NCBI GenBank assembly: GCA_951804945.1
Contig: OX638153.1
Location: forward strand, 31,372,001-31,436,000
From: Podarcis cretensis
Taxonomy: Eukaryota
DNA: 64,000 bases
Reading direction: 5' to 3'
Each line of letters starts with the position of its first letter. Position 1 is the first letter of the stretch. The position numbers were made by a program, and so were the translations under genes. The notes under the pieces were generated by a model. It was not told the origin of the DNA. It was given only the letters and a program-made list of their open reading frames with translations, and did no database searches. Shown piece after piece: positions 48,245 through 61,415 of this stretch.

Positions 48245-48830
48245 AGTTTCGGGGTGCTCCTGGATCCAGCTCTGAAGGTGCAGGTGCCTTTGGGGGCTAG
48301 GAATGCCCTTTCACCAACTTCAATTGGTAATGCAGTTATGGCTGTTACGAGATTAGCTTGACTGCAGTTATCCATGCCTTGGTAGGATTACTACAATGCA
48401 ATCTATATGGGGCTACACTTAGAGTTGGTCTGGTGCCAAATGCAGGACCTAGGTTGCTTGAGAGAGTGAGCTATGGCCAGCATATAACACACCGCTTGTC
48501 GGATTGGCACTGGCTGACAATCTGCTACTAGGTCAAGTTCAAGGTGTTGGCATGAATATACAAGGCCATATACAGCTTAGGACCAGGTTACTTGAGAGAC
48601 CACCTTATCCCTTACACACCCAGGAGATCGCTGTGGTCTCTGGGAGAACTTCTCCTGCAAGTTCCAAAGATCTCAAAAGCTTGCTGCACTGTAACTCAGA
48701 GAGCAGGGCTTTCGATACGGCTATCCCATTCTGTAGAATAGCATCTGTGTGGAGATACGACTGGTGCCCACTCTCTGCACTTTCCAGAAACAACCAAATA
48801 TATTTTTGTTCTGACGGGTTTTCCCCAGCT
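48245..48830 (+). mobile_element. Degenerate L2 LINE fragment
   Basis: GGGGTGCTCCTGGATCCAG, GATTACTACAATGCAATCTATATGGGGCT, TTGGCACTGGCTG, CAAGTTCAAGGTGTTGG motifs. Confidence 0.65.
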
Positions 48831-49199
48831 TGATGAATGGGCCTTTGGCATGAGTGTCTATCTTGTAGGGTTTCCATTTTGTTTTAAAATGTATTTGTCT
48901 ATGGTTTGTGTCCCATACACCTGGTGGCAAGTTAGTATGTCAGTATCCAGGGTCAATCTATGTTGTCCAAAGTACAGTCCCACAGAGATCCCGGCACACC
49001 CAAGCTGAGATTCATCAATGTGGGCAGTTGAGCAGACACAGCACCTCAGTTCTGCTTCCCTTTTGGACCTTGCCTGCTGATTGCAGCATCTGGGCTTGAA
49101 GAGGCAGGTGACCCTCACCTGTTCTGGCCAGGTGGGGCTCGCTAGCTCTGGGAGGAAGTGTGTGATTCCTCAGCTGGAGTAGGCTCAGAACAGTACATT

Positions 49200-50030
49200 A
49201 TACTGTATGTATACACCATAATATCTTCTCATAAGGTTGCAATTAATCCCCCCCTCTGCTTAATATTCCAAAGTTCTGTAAACATTGCTCAATCTTGTTC
49301 AGATTTATTTTTCTCCATGTTAGAACCAAAGGATCCAGGTGATCTTACTCAAAGTTGCTAGTACCCATAATTTAACGTACCATTCCCTTCAATGGTGAAG
49401 TCCCTATCTGTATACAACAACTGGACTAAACAATTAGAATTAAAACCATATAAAATCTGTTTAAAATGCTTCCCCAATGGTATTTCTAGATATTTATTGG
49501 AATGGATATCTCAATAATTTCCTCTCATTCTGGAACATAATTCTTTGGGTGATTGCCACCCAAATAAATAGCAATTTCTTATATTTTGAATATATATTTT
49601 TGTGTGGCAAAGCCACTTATCCCCTTAATCCTTCTCTATGGCTCCTGAGCCAGTAGTTTAAGAAATTTCTAATTTGAAAATATTGATCTAAATTGAGCTG
49701 TATATTCCTCAAACCTCCCCTCATTTGATCAAGGGTCTTTACTTGATTGTTAGTAATCCAATCAGTGAATTTCTCGATTCCTGCTTCCTGCCAGTTAGAA
49801 AATTGACTTATAGTGCCAATTAAAAAAAAGGAAACTGTGGATGAAACAAGACTGGGGCAATGAAATCAGTTGGTTCTCACAAATTTGTCCCATATTTTCT
49901 AGAAAATATACAGCTAGACCCTTTATCTAATATTCTGTTTCCATCCATAGCAATGCATTTGGTGGAATCCTCACAAAGCATTGGTCCAGTTCTCTTATAT
50001 AATCTTGACTCAATTCATGATACCAGTTGG
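49200..50030 (-). mobile_element. Degenerate L1-type ORF2 fragment
   Basis: Minus-strand peptides NWQEAGIEKFTD and QYFQIRNF resemble the post-RT region of non-mammalian L1 ORF2; 46490-46990 may be a further piece. Confidence 0.5.
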
Positions 50031-50499
50031 CAATGAGAAAGAAATTAATTTAGTTTGCATAGGAAGCTACCAAAGTCACACTTCCCAAACTAATACACAG
50101 CTTGCCTTCAAAATTCATAATGTTATGGTGTCGTTCTCTAACCAAGGAATGCACAAGGAAATGTGCATATTGGTGTAACCTGCACAGAAAATAGCATATA
50201 TTAGCAAAAAATTGTAAAATAAAATGCCTTCTTTTAGTGGAAGGTTGTTTGCAAAAATGTGTAAACCAGTGGAAACTGTATAGAAAAGTGTATGTGTTCC
50301 TGAAAATGTATATCACTTTCCATGAGTTCTTTTTAAAAAGTTTGCAGAAGTATGTGAAAATGTAGCAAACTGAATTTAAGATTGGGAGAATGAAAAACTG
50401 AGACAAACCAGAATTGGCAGATTTTCCATTGCTATTCATGACAGTTTTACCTGTCTCAGGAGGAACAGCCAATGCTGCTGACCCTTTAGGCCTTCCTTA

Positions 50500-51000
50500 A
50501 TCCAAAATAAGTGCTGGTTTTGACCTTTAAAGCCTTAAATGGCTCGGGACCACAATACCTCAAGGACAGCCTCTCCCCATATGGGCTGACCTGGACTCTG
50601 CAATCACCATCTGAGGCCCTTCTTTATGTTCCTACTTCATGAGAGGTTTGGAGGGTGGCAACGTTTTCTGTGGTGGCGCCCTGGTTGTGGAATGCTTTCC
50701 CCAGGGAGACTCACCTGGTGCCTTCATTACATCTCTTTAGTTGCCAGGGGAAAAACATTAAAGGTTACAAGGCTTTAACTTTGACTTTGGCTGATTCACA
50801 TTCTATATCTTTCTAAATGTTTTTTTTTTTTCTTTTGGGGGGGGGCGGTTATCGGTTTTGTTTTGTTCATGTTTTTGTTTGGTCCGTGCTTTTGTTGTGT
50901 TCACGTTTTTTGTTCATGTTTCTGTTCTCATTTTGTATTTTTGTCTTGTGAACCGCCCTGTTATCTCTGGAGGAAAGGCAGTATACACATTTGAAAAACA
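50500..51000 (+). mobile_element. L2 LINE 3' region
   Basis: GTGCTGGTTTTGACCTTTAAAGCCTTAAATGGCTCGGGACC...TTGTGGAATGC...GTGAACCGCCCTG. Confidence 0.75.
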
Positions 51001-52029
51001 AAACAAAATTTTTGTTCCTTAGCATGCTCCCTGACTTCCAGCAAAATAATAAGAACTTCTCAACCATGGTCATAGTGAAAACGGCTGTTGCAGCTAATCC
51101 ACTACGCCAGCAAGCATTGTCAGTGCAACGGTGCAAATTACATTTGGGTCCGTTGTCTTCCACCATCCCTGCCTGGGGCCTCTGCAGAAGCTAGCCAATT
51201 CTCCTCAGCCCTGATATGTTATATCCATGCTATTATATTCCAGCAGACCTCCTAGGAGGAAAGCAATATAACTGAGCTTATTTAGTTGTGGGTTTTTTAC
51301 ACTGGGAGCCTCACTAGCCTCTACAAGGAATTAAGTTGAGAAACTAAACTCATTTTCATTTGTAACCAGACAAAATTGGAAGCCCGTTCTCCAGGGTGAT
51401 GAAATAAGTACATTAACCCTCCCCGCCATTCACCCCCAAGTCGTACCATTTAATGTGAAATCTACGTTGGGCCTCTGTCCGCGGACTTTTTCCATCCTGC
51501 TCTCTCTGGTCCTTTAGCTAGCGTTGTTGATCACATACTCTACGCAATGCATATACGCCACTGAATTGCATCCAGCCTCTTGCACAGAAGAGGAAGCTGG
51601 TGCCCAGAGTAATGAAGTTATTGCCTTTTGTGTGGTTAATTTGCCTTCCATTGTAATGAATGCTGAATAGGGTAGTTCATCAGTAATTAAGCTTTCTATT
51701 ATTTTGTTAGCAAAAGTGTTTGGAGAAGAAATCGAGCAATTTAAATTAATATTGAGGCTTTAAAAGAAAAGAAAACCCTGGGATAAGGGAGAGAGAGAGA
51801 AAAACACACACATTTCTGGTTGCTGCATTCTTTGGTAAACAGTGAGCAAGAAAATGTTTCCTTATTCTTCAGCTAGGAGAAGAAATAAATTGGTTCCGTT
51901 TGCAGTTTGATGTACACCAACACAGGTGACCAACAAGAATAAACAGAGTATCACAGAGTCAAGCACAGAGTTATGGATTTAAAATTGGCCATAACTTTAT
52001 TGAATAAGGCTAAGCTATAACTCAGGGCT

Positions 52030-52370
52030 TGCCAACCAAGGTTGTGCCCACAGGTTCCAGTGTACCCATGGGTGCTCCTGGGCCATGCTTCCATGCTCTG
52101 AGCTTTGTGCTGTGCCACAATTCCCTTCCAGATCCACCTCTGGGAGGAGGTTGTCCTTAAATGCCATCTAAACCCTTTGAATTGTGTCCAGAAACAGACA
52201 AACAGACAGTGTAGCTGTTTAAAGAACTGGCGAGGTGTGTTCCTTTCAGCTGTGCCCACACAGCAACTTAAACTGAAGTTTCTGATAAACCTGCAAAGGG
52301 AGCCCCACATACAACATGTTGCAGTAGTCAAGTCTAGAGGTTACCAGACACTGCAGAGCAACCTTTGCCT
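52030..52370 (-). mobile_element. Degenerate L2 fragment
   Basis: GTTGCAGTAGTCAAGTCTAGAGGTTACC = VTSRLDYCN on minus. Confidence 0.6.
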
Positions 52371-52703
52371 ATGAAATGATGCCACTTGGGCCTCTAGTGA
52401 CATAGCTGAGTTAACCAGAACCTTCAGACTGGAAACACATTTCAAGAGGTGCACACTTATATCCATAGCAGGTTGAATGTCACTTCTTCAGTGAGACCAA
52501 CCACACTCCAACAGGAGATCTGTGTTGCTTGCATTGAGCTGACATTTGCTGGTGCTCCTCCATTACTGATCCCAGAAACTGAATAATCAGACACGATATA
52601 AAAGCCCTATTGGCAAGTCAGTCATTAGCTTTGCTTTGTTTATGAACTTGACTCTACTCCTCCTGAACCACTGGTGAGTTTGTGGTGCTCACAAGAGAAC
52701 ATA

Positions 52704-53323
52704 CCATATTTTCCGCTCTATAGGATGCACCCAACCATAGGACGCACCTTGTTTTAGAGGGGGAGAACAAGAAAAAAAAATTCTCCCCCTCTCTGCTCTG
52801 CGCCCCTTCAGCGAAGTGGCAGGAGAAACGGAGCCCCTTCCATTTCTCCTCCCACTTGGCTGAAGGGGTGCTGCACAGCTCTCCCTCTCTGCTGAAGCCA
52901 GTAGAGTCTTGCTCTCCCGGCTTCAGCAAAAGGAACGCGAGACTCTCCTGGCTTCAGCGAAAGAAACCTGAAGCCTCCAGAGCGCAGCGGGAGCTCACGC
53001 TGCGCTCTGAAGGCTTCAGGCGGCTATCCCTGAAGCCTTTGGAGTGCAGCACAAGTTCCCACTCAGTCTTGCTCTCCCGGTTTCAGCAAAAGGAACCTGA
53101 AGCCAGCGGGGCGCAGTGGGCACCGACCCCTCTCGCTCTCCAGGCTTCAGCGAAAGCAACACGTAGCCTCCAGAGTGCGGAGGGAGCTCTCCCTGTGCGC
53201 TTCGGAGGCTTCAGGTTTCTTTCGCTGAAGCCAAGGCGCCTGCATTCACTCCATAGGACGCACACACATTTACCCTTAATTTTTGGAGGGGGAAAAGTGT
53301 GTCCTATAGAGTGAAAAATATGG
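52704..53323. mobile_element. Tc1/mariner (pogo/Tigger-like) non-autonomous element
   Basis: TA TSD; TIRs CCATATTTTCCGCTCTATAGGA / TCCTATAGAGTGAAAAATATGG; internal GAAGCC/GGCTTC repeats. Confidence 0.85.
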
Positions 53324-53589
53324 TAGTTTTCTCCACGGTGCCAGCTTCAATAGAGATTTGAATAGGAGTGCTATCAAAACATGAGTGTGACCCAAGCACT
53401 CTCTGCAGCTAATACCAGTCTAACTGAAGCCTGAGTCATGCAGCGAGGATCTGGTATGGAAGCAGTTCCGGTAGAAAACATGGAGTAGTAAGCTTCAGAT
53501 AACCAAGAGATGGAGATGAGGTATGCAGAGATTGGAATAAGAGGGGGACGTGACAGAGGTGCATAAGATTTATGCATGGTGTAGATATG

Positions 53590-53950
53590 GAAAAGATCTC
53601 CCTTCCTCACAACTCTAGAACTCAGGGGAATCCAAAGAAGCTAAATGTCGGACGATTCAGAAAAACCAAAGGAAATTCTTTTTCCCACAGTGTGTAGTTC
53701 AGCTATGGAATTCACTCCAACCCAAAGTAGAGATGGCAGCCAACTTAGATGGCTTTGAAGGAGTATTAGACAGATTCATGAGTTGAAGACAGTCAATGAC
53801 TATTAGCCATGATGCCAAAAGCTGGGAATCACAAATGGGGAGAGCTCTGTGGTGCTCAGGTCCTGATTTAAGGCTTCCTGTAAGTTGGCCACTGGGAGAA
53901 CAGGATACTGCAGTAGATGGGCCTTTTATGTAGCCTGCTGCTTGCTCTTC
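53590..53950 (+). mobile_element. CR1 LINE 3' end
   Basis: CTATGGAATTCACT...CAACTTAGATGGCTTTGAAG...TTGGCCACTG...AGATGGGCC. Confidence 0.7.
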
Positions 53951-55422
53951 AATGGCCTGATCCTCCGGTTCTTGTTTGAGTTCTTTACCACAGTGTGGAA
54001 AATGCAAAACTCTTTCTTTCCCCTCTAGCTGGCTGGTAAAAAAAAAAAAGGGGGGGGGGAATCCACATGGCCTTTGTTCTCTTCCATCAGAAAACAAAAA
54101 TAAAGCATCCACTATTGATCTGAGTACTACTCAGGGAAATGGAAAAAGTATTCCATTCCCTTTTTGTGTTTATTATTTTGCTAAAGGGGTACACGAGTAT
54201 GCTCCTTTCCTTGATTAACTGTCAACGTATCTGCAGTAAACAGCCATCAATATTCCTCTTACCAGGAGATCTGAATTCTGCAAAGCAGTGTTATCACCAT
54301 CAAGTAAGCCCAAATTTCCAGATTAAATTACGGCATGCTTTTCCACAAATAGTTACATATGATAATATCCCGAATGAGGCCTGACTCCCTTTCTCTGTCT
54401 ACCATCTGAGGCCCAAGTAAGTTCATTACCTAAGAGCATTTCAAGTTCACAAGTGAAACTTGCCCACTTCTTAGAAATTTTAATGCTTCTCTCCATTTCT
54501 CTTGATTCAGGGCTCTCTCGGTTTATTGAATTTTCAGCATTTATGAACTGACCAGTAACAAAAATTCTCTAGGAGAATATTTATTTTTCTTAGAAAAATA
54601 TCAATAAAATACAAAAATACAACATGAGAGCAAAATCTAAAGCAGAATAAAACCAGCTGCAGATTAAAATAAGAATAGAAGAATGAGTACAACGGGTTTA
54701 AAAAGTGCTAAAACGTTATTTAAGAATGAAAAGCCTGGGAATTTAAAAAAAAAAGGTCTAGCTTTTATTTTTAAGAGTTTTCAAGAAACACTGGCTCTAC
54801 TTCTCATTCTAACTCCTCAGGTACTGCAAGGGTTAAGACAAGCCTATCCTGTTTCCTTGTTACTTTGTCACAGATCTAATGGCCATCGATAATAGTTGAA
54901 TAAGAATTGATGGAGAGATAGATTTAATTAACCCTGGTGTCAGCAGCCGGCATTGCCGCCTGTTTGTCTGTTAATGGAGAGATGCGGAAAAAAGTCCTCC
55001 TGAGCTTTGCAACGGCTCAGCCGGAGGCGAATCAAAAACAGTTCTCTTCATCAGCATCGCCTCCCTGGTACACCCGGGTACCACTGTGTACACACCGCCA
55101 ACCTCCCCCCCCCCCAAGGTACAAAGCAATCACCTAACTGCTTGCAATCACATGCCGCTCTTTGCGCCGTCTGCAAACTAGCTGGGGGGAAAGGAAAAGG
55201 AAAAGAAAACAGACCGCGGCGGCACCTTGGAGGCTGAGTGTTAGCAAAATGACAGGGAAAATGAAGGCAGCTGGCAGATGCAGAGAAGAAGCCTGGGGAA
55301 GGTGGCAGAATGGGTCAACGTGAAGAAACTGGATGTGGACGGGGGGGGGGGATTTCTTTTATTTTTATTTTTATTTTTTTGTTTGCTCATAATATCTATT
55401 CTAGTCATGGTGACTAAATGCC

Positions 55423-55454
<32 letters not shown>

Positions 55455-55455
<1 letters not shown>

Positions 55456-55696
55456 AGTGGTACCTCGGGTTAAGTACTTAATTCGTTCTGGAGGTCCGTT
55501 CTTAACCTGAAACTGTTCTTAAGTTGAAGCACCACTTTAGCTAATGGAGCCTCCAGCTGCTGCTGCGCCACTGGAGCACGATTTCTGTTCTCATCCTGAA
55601 GCTAAGTTCTTAACCCGAGGTACTATTTCTGGGTTAGCGGAGTCCATAACCTGAAGCGTATGTAACCTGAAGCGTATGTAACCTGAGGTACCACTG
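55455..55696. mobile_element. Tigger-like MITE
   Basis: TIRs CAGTGGTACCTC / GAGGTACCACTG; TA on the right, (CA)n on the left. Confidence 0.88.
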
Positions 55697-57516
55697 TATA
55701 TATATACATACTACATGGAAGTGATATTTGTGTAGAGAAATCAACTCACACAGAGCAACCCAGAGTATTCTGAAGAACCCGTCCATTTGGGACTCTCACT
55801 TTGACTTCATTCTGAACACATGGAGGCAGGCAGGGCGGCTTAACAATCTGCTTTATTGCATTTGGATAACGAGTTCGGTTTTATTTTTCATCTTAGCTGC
55901 TTGTGCCTGTTTCCCATCCCTTTAGAGAACTCAGAAGTAAGGCAAAACGATTCAGCAGGAAGGGGCAGAGGTCAGCGGAAGAGTCCCTGCATTGCGCTTC
56001 TCCTGCCAGCCCTTCTTAGGCTTAGCAAGCCAAAGTCAATGTAGAACAGAACCAAAATTACATCTTGGCCCTTTGTGGGCTGCATCTTAGCACAACTGCA
56101 GAGTAGATGCCATTTGTGGATGTGAAGGATTGTGGTTAGCCCAAGATATTTTGCTGCCTGAGGCAGAACAGTAAATGTCCCCACTCTAGCAAGGTGCATA
56201 ATACCCAAAGCTAGTCAGTATGTTTTGGCTCCTGAGCAGAAAATCCCGCAAGTGCCTCCCTATCAGTAAATGTACTTTCACGACACCCAAGGCACCCACC
56301 CCTCTCTGCCTAATGGTAGGGCTGGCCCTGTAAAGGATTGCCAGTCTCAGCTTGGCCAATAGCAGCTGCACAGCTACAGCTTTCTTCAGCTGGCTGGTTA
56401 GCTGAGGAAATACTAGGCTTTCCCGGGGAAACAAAAATAAACCAGAACATTTCTGCTATGGAAAGTTACAGGATTTCATCAGGACATGCACTGGTTGGAA
56501 ACGAAGTAGTATGAGCACCCCAAATCTTTTGCAGACACCAACAGTATCGGAAGCAAGATCGTGTGTGACTGCTCCAAAAGCATCATGAAAGCACAATAGA
56601 AAGGATGCCTGGAGGAGCTCTGTGCTCCAGGGCAACAGAACAGAGGAACTATGGAAGGGCCCTGAGGGACTGCAGAGGGAAGGGAGGTCCTCTGTATATA
56701 GCCTTTGAAATCCTGCTTATATTAGGCCTCCCCAAAACAGAGCACATTCAGAAGAGGCCTCCTTAAGCTCAAAAGAGTTTAGTAGAACACCATGTCCAAG
56801 CTGTGCTCTCTTGCCAAAGTGGAATATGGTTCTAATGAGTTAACACAAGATATCCTTAGTGCTGCTACAAGCCCTTATTTAAATTTAATAAGACAGGTGC
56901 GAACAGGCTTACACAGGAATGGAAATGTGCAATGCCTAATAGATTGTGAGCCCCCCTGCCTGCTCAGTTCTTATGGAGTAATAATAACCATTCCTCCTGA
57001 TCAAGAAAGAAGATCTGGTGATTCAGTGGCAGGAGAATAACCACAGAAGAACACAACGCAGGACTATCATGGTGGGGACAAACCGACACCATCCAGTCCT
57101 TCTTCACACCTCATCTTCTTTTCATTTGCAGCTGTGATTGGTTTTCTTGTTTAAACACATGCCCCATTCTTTTCTCCTTGACCAGAGTGATGGATTCCCT
57201 GCCACTCAAGGTAGTTCTGCCTGGCATGCAAGTTCAGATCTGTCCTCTGCATTGTTAGCTGCAGAGGGAAGAATGGATGTCCCTGTGTGCATTTTTGTCC
57301 CTTGTAAAGATGGGTAGATTTCCTTCACCTTCATTACAGAAAGGGCAGTGGGAAAGAGGATCGTGAAAGGCCTACAGGACTTGCACCAAAGCTTGTGATC
57401 TCTGAACACTGCACCGGCAGGCAAGTGCTTATGTGTGCATTGTGGAAGCCAAGTTCAGTTCCACAACAACTGGGGGCCATTTTCACTTACATTCAAAGGT
57501 CATATCAATACAAATA

Positions 57517-57843
57517 CCGTATTGGCCTGAATATAAGCCACACTCCCCCCCCCCCAAATTCCAACAGTGAAAAATTAAAGTGCGGCTTATATTCTCGACC
57601 TTATGCCGCCTGCAAAGCAGTGTGGCTCCCCCCCAGAGAGCAGCCCAGGAGCGTTTGGCAATGGCACTCAGCCTGCCCGCTGCTCCCAAGCCTCCTCCGA
57701 ACTGCCTCAGGAATGGGGGGAGGCTGCTGGTAAAGCGTTGCAGCTCCCCCCCCCCCCAGGAAGCAGCCTGGGTATTGTCTCCCCCCTTCAATTTTAGAGG
57801 TACAGCTTATTTGTGGATGCGACTTATATTCGGACCAATATGG
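57517..57843. mobile_element. Tc1/mariner (pogo-like) MITE
   Basis: TA TSD; TIRs CCGTATTGGCCTGAATATAAG / CTTATATTCGGACCAATATGG. Confidence 0.85.
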
Positions 57844-58734
57844 TAATATCTTACTTGAAACGGGCAAACACTTCCACATAATTTTAGAGCCCCCCCTCTT
57901 TTAGTTCATTAGATTGCTTCCATACAGTTACATGAAAAAATACCCTTTCAGCTCAGGGCACTTTCATGTTGTCACTATTTTGGGGTAAGATACAATCAAA
58001 CACCAGCAAATTAAGGTGGCGTCGCTATAGTTGATTAGTAAACAAAAGCAAAACCCCCACTTTCCTCCAAAATCAGACTTTTTGCAGTAAGGAAAGTGAG
58101 GGGAAAGTGCAATGGAAAGTGTGGGGTGATGCTTGCTGTGGCACAAAGTCATCTAACTGCCCTGCAAGCAAACCCAGACGAATGCTCATTAAATAGCTAG
58201 TGTCATCTAAACTCCTTGCAAGCAGAGCAGGATGAATGCATAATAAAGAGGTCAACTGGAAGCAATTTAAGTCTTTAGTACAGGGGATAAAATGTATCCA
58301 CACCAAATGCTGTTAAAAATACACTGGTGATTTTTTTAAAAAATGTATTGATTTCCCCCTCTTCGTTCTGTTTTTTCTTTTTTTCTTAACAGCAGATGTA
58401 TAAAGTAAGCACTTGAACAACTTAACCTAAGAACCTAAGAAGAAAGACAGAAGAAGAAAGAATACACAGGGCAAAGGGAGTAAAGGGAAGAATTTCGGGC
58501 ATCCTACTTTTTAGTGTTAGATCAGCGTAAGAAGAGTGATAGCAGGGATGAGCATGCTGGCTCCACTGCCCCATCACCAGCCTGCCATCATTCACAAGCT
58601 GTAGAGTGGCTGACTGCAGAAGGGAGATTGATCTGCTTGTATAGGTGTAAAACCCTGGGAACTCAAGTTTCCACATTGCAAGAGCAAGTTGTCCTGCAGC
58701 TTGTAGATAGCAATGTGGAGAGTGACCAAAGGGG

Positions 58735-59305
58735 CACTAATAGTCTTATTTTCCATGAATCCTCTTTTGGAGCTTTCCAAGCTGCTTGCCATCTTTGTCT
58801 CTTGTGGGAACCATTTCCGGAGTTTAATTATGACCTGTGTGAATTTTCTTTTGTCTGTGCTGAATTCAGCTTCATTCAACATCCAGGAGTTCTAGTGTTG
58901 AGAGAGGGTGGAAAACTTTTTACTATCCAATGTCTCCACCCCACACATCATGTTATACACTTTTGCGTCTCTTCCTACTTGACTTTTCTCTAAACAAAAA
59001 AGCCCCCAAATTTTGTAACCTTTCACCCAGTGCTATTTTTCTAGAAAAAGAGGTGCCAGAACTCACTATGAACGCCTCCCTCTTTCACTTAGAATGGCAA
59101 TGGCACCCACCTGAGAGGTACCAGAACCAAAGTTCTGGTGAGTTCCCCTTGAAAAAAAGCCCTGCTTTCACCAAAGAGGTGTTGCTTCACCCCCATTATC
59201 ATTTTGGCTGCCCTTTCCTGAACCTTCTGAGGCAACCAGAACTATACACAGTGTTCCAAGTGTGACTATGCCAAATATTTGTATAATGTCATTATTATAT
59301 TGGAA
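58735..59305 (-). mobile_element. CR1 LINE fragment interrupted by a MITE
   Basis: CCAGAACTATACACAGTGTTCCAAGTGTG and TTTTGGCTGCCCTTT...GAACC typical of reverse CR1 ORF2 end. Confidence 0.7.
59028..59164. mobile_element. hAT MITE (137 bp)
   Basis: TIRs CAGTGCTATTTTTC / GAAAAAAAGCCCTG; perfect 8-bp TSD CTTTCACC. Confidence 0.88.
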
Positions 59306-60894
59306 CTAGAAGTAGATAAACCACCCAGAGTTGAAACGTTTAGTAGATAATATGTTCCAAATGGCTAAATTTAGCAGTGGGGGTTGGGGGGATGAGGAGA
59401 GATATGGCATATGTTCTGGGATCAGACATATTTTGACAATTCTGCTGAAAGGGCTGACAGAGTTATGAGCCAGGAGGAGGAATAACACAGACAGGGGAGT
59501 GTCATCTCCCCTTTGCCTCGATTCAGGCTGTTCTGCTAACAATGAGAGTCACTGTCCAGTTCTGGGAAACATCCGTTCGTTGGCGTCTCCAAGGTAATGC
59601 AGAGCTTCCTGAGGCAGCAATATACCTGCCAACAGCAATGACCAAAAGCAGATGAGGCCGATTAGTGGCATCCGCCAGAAATGCCAGCCCTGTGAAGCGC
59701 AGAAAGGGGAAGAGGGTAAATGTTCAGACCACTCACTCCTCACCCAAAGATATGTTGACCCCCCCCCCACATCCTCCACACCTTGTACCTTGTTTCTCTC
59801 ACTCAGCACAATAAGGAACCTGAGGTCATTCCGTACTGTTTCCAGTGAAAGCTGCAGCTAACATTTCCCACTGATTTCATTGGGACCCGTTCTCTCTGAA
59901 CCAAAGCAATTATATTCACTGAAAGCGTTGTGCTGTCTGGAAATTGTCTCCCGCCCAACCAGAAGACGGCCCTTTTGGACACATTATGAGGTGCCTTCTT
60001 TTAAATTATTGGTTCACGTGTTCTGGGGTTGGGTTGGGAAACTTCTGACTCATGGGCATAAGTTTGGTTTGGTCCCTCAGGCCATTTTCCCAAATCTATG
60101 CCCAATTGTCCCACACCTGATGTCATATGGGATATCATCACAGGTGGGGCAGGTAGAGATGCTGTGGATCCCTGCATAAAGCAAGGTTGAAATTACTACT
60201 CATCAGCTGATGGCAGGGACTTCAAGCCTGTTGCACTGGTTGGAACTGTAGGGATAACCCACTTTCCAAAAATTGTGACATCAGGTGATGGGTTGGTGGG
60301 TTGTCCTTCTCAGCATTCAAAACTGGCCAGCAGGGTTGGGTAAAAATAAGGATCTGACCTGCTGGGCTAAAAAGGTCCCCCACCCCTGTTCTAAGGTTTG
60401 AACCATGGCACTGAAAGCAGGTCCCATTGCTGAGGAAACCTGGACTAACTGAAGCCCAGACCATTTTGATCACTGTTAACTACCATTTAGTATTTTGTGC
60501 TAACAGTGCCAGGCACTGTATGGTATAAAGAAGCAATATTCAGCTAAGGTTTACTCAGGCTACATCCACTGGCATTAATTAGTTAGGCTCATTGATTTCA
60601 GCCAGTCTACTCTGAGTAGAACTTAGTTGAATACCATCCAAAGACAAGGGAGAAGAGATATGTTTTCAGGATGTGATGGAAGCTAGGCACTTCTGTGGGG
60701 AGGAAATTCTCCAACGTTAAGGACTGCCACAGATAAATCTACCTCCCAGGCTGCCATGACCTGTACTTCTGAGGGTGGTGGAGCTACCAAGAGACCTCTA
60801 CCAATCTTAACACCTACAAGCATCTGCAGGGATGCAGACAGTTTTTCAAATATTTGTTTTCCCTCTCCCATTTTAGGTACAAACCAACCATATG

Positions 60895-60950
60895 AGGTAG
60901 GTAGGTAGGTAGGTAGGTAGGTAGGTAGGTATGTATGTATGTATGTATGT
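60895..60950. repeat. (AGGT)n(ATGT)n compound microsatellite
   Basis: Direct inspection. Confidence 0.95.
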
Positions 60951-61289
60951 AGGCAGAAATTTCCATCCCATCCTGGGTTCATTACCATTAGCGCTGTTTC
61001 CCTTTCCCTACAGTTCGGCCTCTCCTGAAACAAACATTGTTCGTCTCACCATCAGCTATGGCTGAAACTTACACAATTAATCATGTGGTTAATTTCAGTG
61101 TTTCAGTGGAAAGGAAATGCTGAAAAGGATTGAAAACAGTATAATGAAATTATTTACGTTAACATTTGCGAACTGAAACACCAACAATAGTGAATACTGC
61201 TTGTGTTAGCTTGTGTCATTTCTGTTCCTGACCTTGGGCAAACATGTCGTTGGTCTGGATTTCTAGTCCTGTTTCCGCTTCTGTCTAGA

Positions 61290-61415
61290 GGTTGGTGAGG
61301 CTAAGAGACAGTGACTGGCCCAAGGTCACGCAGTGAGCTTGAGAGTTGAGTGGGGATTGGATCCTGGGTCTCTCCAGTCCTCACCTGACACTCTAACCAC
61401 TGCACCATACTGGCA
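61290..61415 (-). mobile_element. MIR-like SINE, partial
   Basis: GGCTAAGAGACAGTGACTGGCCCAAGGTCAC...ACTCTAACCAC. Confidence 0.65.
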
